Of a stretch of DNA of 64,000 nt, positions 1 through 7,662 are shown in pieces. This DNA comes from Zeaxanthinibacter sp. (GTDB lineage: Bacteria; Bacteroidota; Bacteroidia; Flavobacteriales; Flavobacteriaceae), in contig JBGTLT010000162.1 of NCBI GenBank assembly GCA_041743975.1, forward strand, positions 12,743-76,742, written 5' to 3'. A program made the translations under genes and the position numbers. Below the pieces are notes generated by a model. The model saw nothing but the letters and a program-made list of their open reading frames with translations, had not been told where the DNA came from and searched no databases. Position 1 is the stretch's first letter; every line of letters begins with the position of its first letter.

Positions 1-346
1 AAAACAACCAGGGCAAGCAGAAGGTTGGAAACATTCATCACCCCAAGGAAATTTACAAGGATGGCGCCAATCAGAATGGGCAGTTGGGCCAGAACGGACC
101 ACCTAGTCAACAGCCCTACCACGATCAAAAATCCGCCAACGAAATGAGCGCCTATTACGTAGTGCATGATCAGCCAACTCCCCGGCAGGTCTTCAAAAGG
201 TTTCATCACCGCTGTCAGCTGGGCGATATTGGACATAAAATCTATCCCCTTTACAATTAGAAAAACCCCCAAAGCCGCGCGTACCACATCCAAAACATAA
301 TACGTGTGGGCATTGGCCCATTTGTTCAAAGCCTTGATTCTTCCCA
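1..346 (-). CDS. DoxX family membrane protein, partial (3' end lies beyond the left window edge)
   Basis: Absent from the ORF track because it has no in-window stop. Hand translation of the minus strand from the ATG at 346..344 gives MGRIKALNKWANAHTYYVLDVVRAALGVFLIVKGIDFMSNIAQLTAVMKPFEDLPGSWLIMHYVIGAHFVGGFLIVVGLLTRWSVLAQLPILIGAILVNF... This is an uninterrupted multi-TM sequence of DoxX type. It displaces the implausible 193..390 ORF in another frame. Confidence 0.6.
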
Positions 347-548
347 TAGTGCGATAGTTTTTTGTTGGATTGCCAACATAAGGTACTCATATTTAGGAAA
401 ATAAAAAAATAAATTCCATGGCAACTCCCGGGAATTTATCCGAAATGCGGGCAAAAGATCCCCTTGTATCCTGAAGGGCAGGAAGACCCATTCATCCTAT
501 AAAGATCCACGCTGTGATCTCGCTGATCGGTAAGAGGAATGGCGTAGT

Positions 549-1994
549 TTAAGAACGATTTTCCCTGAAACGGGCGAACCCCCCTTCAACACCGTATTGC
601 TCCAGGGAAGCAAGGGCCCGGGCAACCCCGTCTGCCAGTCCCGGGACGCTGCAGAGATCCTGGCCCCAGTAATCCTTTTGCCCCAAAACTTTTGCTGCGA
701 TGACAGCTGCTTCCCCGCCAACCCAAATGGCTGTCAGTTCGGAGAGTATCTCAGGGTCGTCCGCCAACGGCATCCGGCGCCCTTTCCAGTCACCCTTATA
801 GAACATGATAAGGCAGGAAAAGGCATAGACCAGGTGAACGGGAAGTCTGTTGGTCCGCCTGTTATATTCCAGGATGCTGGGCAGTACCCGCACCCTGAAT
901 TTGGCAATTGAATTAAGGGCGATGCTTTGCAGCGCATGTTTCAGGTAGGGGTTCCCGAAACGTTCAAATATGGTTTTTGCATAATACTTCAATGCCTTGG
1001 GGTCCATGTCCAGGGTTGGGATTACCTCTTCAATAATGGCATCCCGGATAAAACCAGCTGTAAACTCATCGTCCATTGCCTGCTGCACCGTTTCATGACC
1101 GTATAACAGTGAGAGGGGCACCATGATGGTATGTGCCCCGTTTAAAATGCGCACCTTACGTTTCCTGTAGGGGGCGATATCCTTCACAAACTCAATATTT
1201 AAACCCGCCCCGGCAGGTAGTTCCTGCTGAACCATCCCGGAATCCTGGATAACCCAACTGTGATAATATTCCCCTGCAACCAGGAGCCGGTCCTCATAGC
1301 CCATGGCCTCAAAGAGTTCGGCTTGTTCATCTGCCGGGAATCCTGATACGATCCTGTCCACCAGCGTATCACAAAAGATGTTGGCCTCAGTCACCCACCG
1401 GGTAAAAGGCACCCCAAGGGACCAGTTTTCTGCATATTGCAATACCGTGTTTTTCAGTGCCTGCCCGTTTTTTTCGATGAGTTCACAAGGGAGTATAATA
1501 CAGCCTTTGCCGCTATCACCCCGGAAATGTTGAAATCGATGGTACAACCATACGGTCAGTTTGGCGGGGAATTCCGCGGGCGGCTTGTCAGTAATGCCAT
1601 CCGATGCATTAAACCGAATGCCGGCTTCCGTAGTATTCGAGACGATGAACCGAAGCGCTTCCTCCTTTGCAAGGTCCAGGTAGGCAGGCCAGTCCCCATA
1701 GGGATTAATTACCTTCTCCACACAGGTCACCAGTTTCTGGTGTGTAACCAATTCCCCCTGTTCCCGCCCCTTCAGGATCACCGTAAACAACCCATCCTGT
1801 GATTTCAGGTTACCGTAATCCCCCTTTGCCGTAGGTTTGATTACCGCTACTCCGCCATTAAAACCTGTTTTTTCATTGAGCAGTTGAACCATCCAGTCTA
1901 CAAAGGCCCGCAAAAAGTTTCCCCCGCCAAACTGCATTACCCGTATTGAATACCTGCGTTCCAGCCCGATATGTTCTCTCGTTAATCGATTCAT
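549..1994 (-). CDS. uxaB: tagaturonate reductase (altronate oxidoreductase), mannitol dehydrogenase family
   Basis: MNRLTREHIGLERRYSIRVMQFGGGNFLRAFVDWMV... is a typical UxaB N-terminus and the ORF has the expected length. Start moved to the ATG at 1994, because the track start at 2036 would overlap dctM. The gene sits in a hexuronate context with uxaC. Confidence 0.85.
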   Translation of the reverse strand: MNRLTREHIGLERRYSIRVMQFGGGNFLRAFVDWMVQLLNEKTGFNGGVAVIKPTAKGDYGNLKSQDGLFTVILKGREQGELVTHQKLVTCVEKVINPYGDWPAYLDLAKEEALRFIVSNTTEAGIRFNASDGITDKPPAEFPAKLTVWLYHRFQHFRGDSGKGCIILPCELIEKNGQALKNTVLQYAENWSLGVPFTRWVTEANIFCDTLVDRIVSGFPADEQAELFEAMGYEDRLLVAGEYYHSWVIQDSGMVQQELPAGAGLNIEFVKDIAPYRKRKVRILNGAHTIMVPLSLLYGHETVQQAMDDEFTAGFIRDAIIEEVIPTLDMDPKALKYYAKTIFERFGNPYLKHALQSIALNSIAKFRVRVLPSILEYNRRTNRLPVHLVYAFSCLIMFYKGDWKGRRMPLADDPEILSELTAIWVGGEAAVIAAKVLGQKDYWGQDLCSVPGLADGVARALASLEQYGVEGGFARFRENRS

Positions 1995-2008
1995 TGTAGT
2001 GAAGCTTA

Positions 2009-3307
2009 TTACAATCCGAACAGTGCCGGAAGCCAAAGGCTTAGCTGCGGGATATAGGTTACCAGGAACAACGCAAGGATCATAGCGGCAAAGAGCGGCA
2101 GCAGGGGCTTAAATACTTTTTCAATAGTGGTTTTGGCAATGCCCACCCCTACGAATAGTACAGAACCCACCGGGGGGGTGCAAAGGCCAATACAGAGGTT
2201 AAGGACCATAATGATACCAAAGTGAACCGGGTCTAATCCCAGCCGGGTTACAACGGGAAGGAATATGGGCGTAAAAATCAGGACGGCAGGCGTCATATCC
2301 ATAAAGATCCCTACCAGCAGGAGCAGCACATTGATGATCAGTAAGATCACGATCTTGTTATCGCTCAGACCCAGCAGGGCGGAACTGATATCCTGAGGGA
2401 TATTTTCATAGGACAGGGCCCAGGACATGCACATGGATGCCGCGATCAGCAACATTACCACGGCTGTTGTGGCAGAGGAATCGAGCAGGATTTGTGGTAA
2501 CTTCCGAAAGGAGATCTCTTTATAGAAAAACCCAAGCAGTACGCTGTACAACACGGCGATGGCGGATGCTTCCGTGGCTGTGAAGATACCGCTAACGATC
2601 CCCCCGATCACTACTACCAGCAAAAACAAACTTGGCAGGGCGTCCACCAGGGTCCTGAAAATGTCCTTTAGTTTGCTTCGCTTTCCGAGTTTATACCCTT
2701 TCTTCCTGGCCCACAGCGATGCCACGATCATTAAGAAAAGGCCTGTCAGCATTCCGGGTATGTACCCGGCCAGAAAGAGGGCGGCAATCGAGGCCCCGCC
2801 ACTGGCCAGGGAATATACGATAAGAACGTTACTGGGAGGGATTACAAGTCCCGTAGTCGCTGAGGTAATATTCACGGCGGCCCCAAATTCCCTGGAATAG
2901 CCTTCCTTTTCCATTTCGGGCCCCAAAATGCTGCCCATAGCCGAAGCGGATGCCATTGCCGAGCCGGCAATAGCCCCCATAAGCATGGCGGCTATGATAT
3001 TGATCAGGGCCAGGCCGCCAGGCAGGGCGCCCACCAGGGTTTTAGCAAAAGCGATCAGCCGGTGCGCAATCCCCCCTTTGTTCATTAATTCCCCTGATAG
3101 GATAAAGAAGGGGATGGCAAGTAAAGCAAAACTGTCGAGCCCCGTGGCCATTCGTTGTGAAACGGTGGTAAAGGCGGGGATGGCCGGGATGCTGACCAGC
3201 ATGGTGAGCAGGGATGACAGCGCTATGCTCCAGGCTACCGGCGTCCCGATGGCCAGGAGCCCGAAAAAGCTGATTACCAGGACCAATACAGGAATACTTT
3301 CCATCAT
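2009..3307 (-). CDS. dctM: TRAP transporter large permease subunit
   Basis: 432-aa polytopic membrane protein with a DctM-like sequence. It lies directly downstream of the small permease and the binding-protein genes. Confidence 0.9.
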   Translation of the reverse strand: MMESIPVLVLVISFFGLLAIGTPVAWSIALSSLLTMLVSIPAIPAFTTVSQRMATGLDSFALLAIPFFILSGELMNKGGIAHRLIAFAKTLVGALPGGLALINIIAAMLMGAIAGSAMASASAMGSILGPEMEKEGYSREFGAAVNITSATTGLVIPPSNVLIVYSLASGGASIAALFLAGYIPGMLTGLFLMIVASLWARKKGYKLGKRSKLKDIFRTLVDALPSLFLLVVVIGGIVSGIFTATEASAIAVLYSVLLGFFYKEISFRKLPQILLDSSATTAVVMLLIAASMCMSWALSYENIPQDISSALLGLSDNKIVILLIINVLLLLVGIFMDMTPAVLIFTPIFLPVVTRLGLDPVHFGIIMVLNLCIGLCTPPVGSVLFVGVGIAKTTIEKVFKPLLPLFAAMILALFLVTYIPQLSLWLPALFGL

Positions 3308-3309
3308 GC

Positions 3310-3762
3310 TTACCGTTTTAAAAGGTCTGATAATTTATAATATATGATCAGGATTCCACTTATAGGAAGGATCAGGTAAACGACAGCCAGCGGTATTTGG
3401 AGGGCGGGCGACTGCTGGCCGAGCAGGTAGGAGATATATACCAATCTGGAACCTCCAACCACCAGTACCATTAAGACAAAGGCAATGATCAGCACATTGA
3501 CAAGTTGCGACAATTTCCTTCGAGTAGCCGATTTCACCCGTGAGGGGATAATGGTTATTGCCACATGCCCGTTTTTTCCGGAGACATAGGCCGCACCCAA
3601 AACCCCTATCCAGATCATAAGGTAGCGGGCAAGTTCATCTGTGAAGGAGCTCGGTACCACCATCACATACCGGGTGAAGACCTGCCATAATACGTTGACG
3701 ACCATAATTGCCATGATGGCTATTAGGCTCCCTTCAAGTAATCTGTCAATCCTTTTCCGCAT
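3310..3762 (-). CDS. dctQ: TRAP transporter small permease subunit
   Basis: 150 aa with four TM segments, placed between dctP and dctM with a 2-nt gap. Confidence 0.85.
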   Translation of the reverse strand: MRKRIDRLLEGSLIAIMAIMVVNVLWQVFTRYVMVVPSSFTDELARYLMIWIGVLGAAYVSGKNGHVAITIIPSRVKSATRRKLSQLVNVLIIAFVLMVLVVGGSRLVYISYLLGQQSPALQIPLAVVYLILPISGILIIYYKLSDLLKR

Positions 3763-3768
3763 TTGTTC

Positions 3769-4746
3769 TCAAAGGGATTTCCGGATCTGTTCTATCAGAT
3801 CCTGTATTACACTATCATTCCTGTATGCTTCGTAGATCGTTGATACCTTTTGGGAGAAGGGGGCCTTATCGGGGAATATGATCTCCACTCCTGCCTTTTG
3901 TACTTCTGCCAGGGCTTCCGCCTCAGATTCGGCCCATAATTTGCGCTGGTATTGAACCGATTGCTTAACAGATTCACGCAACCATTCTTGTTCCTCCGGA
4001 GAAAGCCTGTCCCACAATTGGGTGCCTGCCAATAAGACATCCGGGAGGACCGTATGTTCATCCAGTGAATAATATTTACAAACTTCATAATGCCGCGACA
4101 GATAAAAACTGGGTGGGTTATTCTCCGCCCCGTCTACTACGCCCTGCTGCAAAGCGGTATAGAGTTCCCCCCAGGAAATAGGTGTAGGGGACCCCCCGAG
4201 TGCCTGTACCATCTTTACTGCTGTTGCGCTTTCCATGACCCTTATTTTGAGGCCTTTCAGATCATCTGGTTGCGCGATGGGTTTGTCCTTGGTATAAAAA
4301 CTCCGGCTTCCGGCATCATAATACCCCAGGCCCTTGAGCCAGTATCGCTCCCCGTCTTTGAGTAATTGTTGTCCTATGGGCCCGTCCAACACCCGGAACG
4401 AATGCTCCCGATCCCTGAAAAGGAACGGAAGCCCCAGCACCTTCATTTTCGGCGCAAAGTTTTCCAGCACGCCAACGGAGACCTTCGTCATATCAAGGCT
4501 TCCGATCTGCAATAATTCCAGGCATTCCCGCTCTGTCCCCAGCTGTTGGCTTGGATAAATTTTCAGCCTGAGTTTTCCCCCGGACCTTTTCATGAGGTCT
4601 TCCCCCATTTTAACCATTGCCCGGTGAACACTATGGTTCACATCCAACCCATGGGCAAGCCGTATGGTCCTCGATCTTTTATCGGGTTGGCATCCCTGCA
4701 TCAGGAAAAGTACCAGCAAAAAGCTCAGTATCCTGCAATAATTCAT
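3769..4746 (-). CDS. dctP: TRAP transporter substrate-binding protein (DctP family), probable uronate binding
   Basis: 325 aa with a lipoprotein-like signal (LFLMQGC) and DctP-type sequence. First gene of the dctPQM run, adjacent to uxaC. Confidence 0.9.
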   Translation of the reverse strand: MNYCRILSFLLVLFLMQGCQPDKRSRTIRLAHGLDVNHSVHRAMVKMGEDLMKRSGGKLRLKIYPSQQLGTERECLELLQIGSLDMTKVSVGVLENFAPKMKVLGLPFLFRDREHSFRVLDGPIGQQLLKDGERYWLKGLGYYDAGSRSFYTKDKPIAQPDDLKGLKIRVMESATAVKMVQALGGSPTPISWGELYTALQQGVVDGAENNPPSFYLSRHYEVCKYYSLDEHTVLPDVLLAGTQLWDRLSPEEQEWLRESVKQSVQYQRKLWAESEAEALAEVQKAGVEIIFPDKAPFSQKVSTIYEAYRNDSVIQDLIEQIRKSL

Positions 4747-4861
4747 CGGCTTCCCTTTTGAAGGTTATTGATTATGGTGGGACTATACCCGGTAATTGGA
4801 AATAAAGAATAATAAACTGGTTGCTTCAAAGAGTTTAAATTAATTGATGATCTGCTCCTGA

Positions 4862-6268
4862 TTAAAAATCAAAATACGATTTTGCATTGTAATAACTAAT
4901 ATCCTGGACAATTTTCCCGATCCACTCCATTTCCACAGGCAATTCACCGCGTTCGATCTCCTGCCCGAGGAGGTTGCAGAGCACCCGCCTGAAATATTCA
5001 TGCCTGGGGAAAGACAGAAAACTCCGCGAGTCTGTCAGCATGCCTACAAAACAACTAATCAGCCCCATATTGGACAGGTCGTTCATCTGCCTGATCATGC
5101 CGTCCTTCTGGTCCAGGAACCACCAGCCGGAGCCAAACTGTATCTTGCCTCTGACGCTTCCATCGTTAAAGTTCCCGACCATGGTGGCCAGTACGGGGTT
5201 GTCCCCCGGATTGGAATTGTAGAGGATGGTTTTCGCCAGTTTATCCCTGGAGTCGAGCGCATCTAAAAATTTCGATAATTTTTCGGCCTGCGGATAATCG
5301 CCTATGGAATCCCAACCCGTATCCGGGCCTAATTCCCTGTTCATCCTGCTGTTGTTGTTCCGCAATGCCCCAAGGTGAAATTGCTGCACCCATCCCATTT
5401 CATGGTACGTTTCAGCAAGGAAGAGCAACAATGCGCTTTGAAACTGCGCTGCTTCCGTACCCGTTAAAACCTGCTTGTTTCTCCTTTTCAGAAAAACAGA
5501 AGCTACTTCCGGGGAAGAAGCCGGCTCATAATACATATGGTTCAGGCCGTGGTCAGATAATTTACAGCCACGGTGGTCAAAGTAGGTTATCCGGGTTTTT
5601 AGCGCATCGCATAAAGTATCATAGGTATTGATCGTGATATTGGCTGCTTCTCCAAGTCGATCCAGATATTCGTTATAGGCCGGATGCTGGATCAGGATTG
5701 CCTTATCCGGCCTGAAAGCCGTGCTCACTTTGGTCTGGAAATCGCTTTTCGCAATCCTTTGATGGTGTTCGAGCTTGTCGATGGGATCTTCCGTGGTACA
5801 GAGCACCGCAACGTTCATTTTAGTTAATAGCTTCCTGCAGCTGTAAGCTTCAGAATTCAATTTAACCGAAGCCTCACTGTATATGGCGTCTGCCGAATTT
5901 TTATTCAGTAGCCCATGGATATCAAAATAACGCGCCAGCTCGAGGTGTGTCCAGTGATAGAGGGGATTCCTCAGGGTATACGGTACGGACTCTGCCCATT
6001 TTGAAAACTTTTCCTTATCTGTGCCATCGCCCGTTATAAAGCGCTCATCAAACCCCAGCGTACGCATTGCACGCCATTTGTAATGGTCTCCGGAGATCCA
6101 GGCTTTTGTTAAATTCTCAAAGATGGTATCGTTGGCTATATCTCCCGGCGTCAAATGATTGTGGTAGTCAATAATGGGCATTTTACGGGCGTACGAATGG
6201 TACAGTTCCTCTGCATATTTGTTTTCGAGTAGAAAATTCTCATGTATAAATGGTGTGCCGGAGGTCAT
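4862..6268 (-). CDS. uxaC: glucuronate isomerase
   Basis: 468 aa. The N-terminal FIHENFLLENKYAEELYHSYARKMPIIDYHNHL is the classic UxaC signature. Confidence 0.95.
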   Translation of the reverse strand: MTSGTPFIHENFLLENKYAEELYHSYARKMPIIDYHNHLTPGDIANDTIFENLTKAWISGDHYKWRAMRTLGFDERFITGDGTDKEKFSKWAESVPYTLRNPLYHWTHLELARYFDIHGLLNKNSADAIYSEASVKLNSEAYSCRKLLTKMNVAVLCTTEDPIDKLEHHQRIAKSDFQTKVSTAFRPDKAILIQHPAYNEYLDRLGEAANITINTYDTLCDALKTRITYFDHRGCKLSDHGLNHMYYEPASSPEVASVFLKRRNKQVLTGTEAAQFQSALLLFLAETYHEMGWVQQFHLGALRNNNSRMNRELGPDTGWDSIGDYPQAEKLSKFLDALDSRDKLAKTILYNSNPGDNPVLATMVGNFNDGSVRGKIQFGSGWWFLDQKDGMIRQMNDLSNMGLISCFVGMLTDSRSFLSFPRHEYFRRVLCNLLGQEIERGELPVEMEWIGKIVQDISYYNAKSYFDF

Positions 6269-6336
6269 TTTAAGGATCAGTGTAAAGTTGATGTTCCTGG
6301 TTCAATGTACAACTATTTGACAAGGTTACAGGAAGG

Positions 6337-7398
6337 TTATTTAAGCCGCCCTGTACTGCCAATATAGGCATGGAATTTTTTATCATTTTCAAGGATATCG
6401 TAAAACCCTTCTACATATTCCCGGGCCATTGAATATTGCCGTGGGTCGTTGAACAGGTCTTTCAGTGCCGCTACTGCCTGCATCATCTCAGCCTTGTGCC
6501 TGATATAATCACGCCTTACTTCCTCCAGAAGTGTAGCTTCACGTTGGTAGCCTTTGTATAGCCTATCCGTCACTACTGTGATCTTTCGGGGCATATTCTG
6601 GATATTGGCAACAAATGCATAATCCGCGTTGACGAGTCCGGACATGTCAAAATCATAGGGGATGCAGATAAAGTTGTTATTGATGAACAACAATTTCTCA
6701 TTATGCTGCTGTTTGGTGGAATAGTCGGTATTACCGATCAGAAATTGAAAAAATGAATTGTGCAGGGAGGAAATGGGTTCCTGCTGCAGGGGATGAACCA
6801 ACCTTTCAATTTCTTTCCCGTTCACACGTGCCGCCACATTTTCAATATCCTCAATCAGGATCCCTTTCAGGGTGTGCCGTTTCTCCCTGGAGCCCCTTTC
6901 TTCAATAAATTCGATGAGTGCCAACCGTGTCTTAAAATGATAAGGGGAAATGATTTCATATAGTTTATAGGCCATAAATTCTTTCAGGATATAGTCATCG
7001 GTATCCCGGTTCGTCAAACAGGGCAACACAACCTTCAGCTTCTGGTTGCCTTCAAATTCAGTACCCCTGGTCACATCCCTGTCCAACTTCATTTTAAGGG
7101 GTACATAATAACAATTTTCAAGCCTGAAATTCCCACGTGCCCGGAGGTTGACGGTCATAGAATCCCAGGTAGATTCCTGGCTTTTATAAAACAGGGTTGA
7201 CACAATATAGGTGCTGTCGTTGGTATTCTTTCGGATGTTCCGGTTGGAAAACCTCATTTTGAGGGGCATGGCTTTCTGATTGAGAAACAGGGGGGATGCT
7301 GCAATGTCGCTGTTTTCCACAACAATGTCCTGAGCTATAGATGTCCCGGCAATAAACAGGCCGCACCAAAAAAATGGTATGTACAGGATGTTTCTCAT
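6337..7398 (-). CDS. secreted hypothetical protein (no family recognised)
   Basis: Long ORF. Start chosen at the ATG at 7398, which gives the signal peptide MRNILYIPFFWCGLFIAGTSIAQD. I recognise no catalytic motif. Confidence 0.6.
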   Translation of the reverse strand: MRNILYIPFFWCGLFIAGTSIAQDIVVENSDIAASPLFLNQKAMPLKMRFSNRNIRKNTNDSTYIVSTLFYKSQESTWDSMTVNLRARGNFRLENCYYVPLKMKLDRDVTRGTEFEGNQKLKVVLPCLTNRDTDDYILKEFMAYKLYEIISPYHFKTRLALIEFIEERGSREKRHTLKGILIEDIENVAARVNGKEIERLVHPLQQEPISSLHNSFFQFLIGNTDYSTKQQHNEKLLFINNNFICIPYDFDMSGLVNADYAFVANIQNMPRKITVVTDRLYKGYQREATLLEEVRRDYIRHKAEMMQAVAALKDLFNDPRQYSMAREYVEGFYDILENDKKFHAYIGSTGRLK

Positions 7399-7662
7399 GC
7401 TTTTGCAGTCCTTGGGCGAATCACATGAAATTAGCAAAAAATTGGCAATCGCCTAGGGAAAATGTTGCTTATACCGGATGGGTCGGAAGTGCCTGCGGGG
7501 AGCTGCCTTCATAGTGCCCCTTTAAAAAAATTGGCCCGGGGCTTTTCTCCACGGCCCTTATGCTGTATTTAGATGTTTTGTACTTTTTTTTCAGGAGGTA
7601 ACGAGGTTTTGTTTTTTGTATATTACCCAGCTCATTGCCCCAGCGGGCAACAATTATAGGGC

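Noticed and set aside
193-390. 65-aa minus-strand ORF from the track
   Set aside because: Cys/Gly-rich sequence with no family resemblance. Another minus-strand frame across the same DNA encodes a convincing DoxX-type membrane protein (1..346).
397-437. Hairpin aaattcc...ggaattt followed by a T-run on the minus strand, downstream of uxaB
   Set aside because: It has only a 7-bp AT-rich stem with a 13-nt loop, which is too weak to call a terminator with any confidence.
549-2036. Longer N-terminal extensions offered by the ORF track. Affected genes: uxaB, lpxH to 60661, arfB to 46022, alr to 52233, fabH from 39067, yceD from 38013, and the FAH and GreA-like genes from TTG codons.
   Set aside because: The extensions overlap neighbouring genes or add non-homologous leader peptides. 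Internal ATG codons give canonical family N-termini.
7528-7560. Possible third partial copy of the intergenic repeat (shares cccggggctttt)
   Set aside because: Only about 12 nt match. The flanks do not align with the 20.5-kb or 50.9-kb copies.
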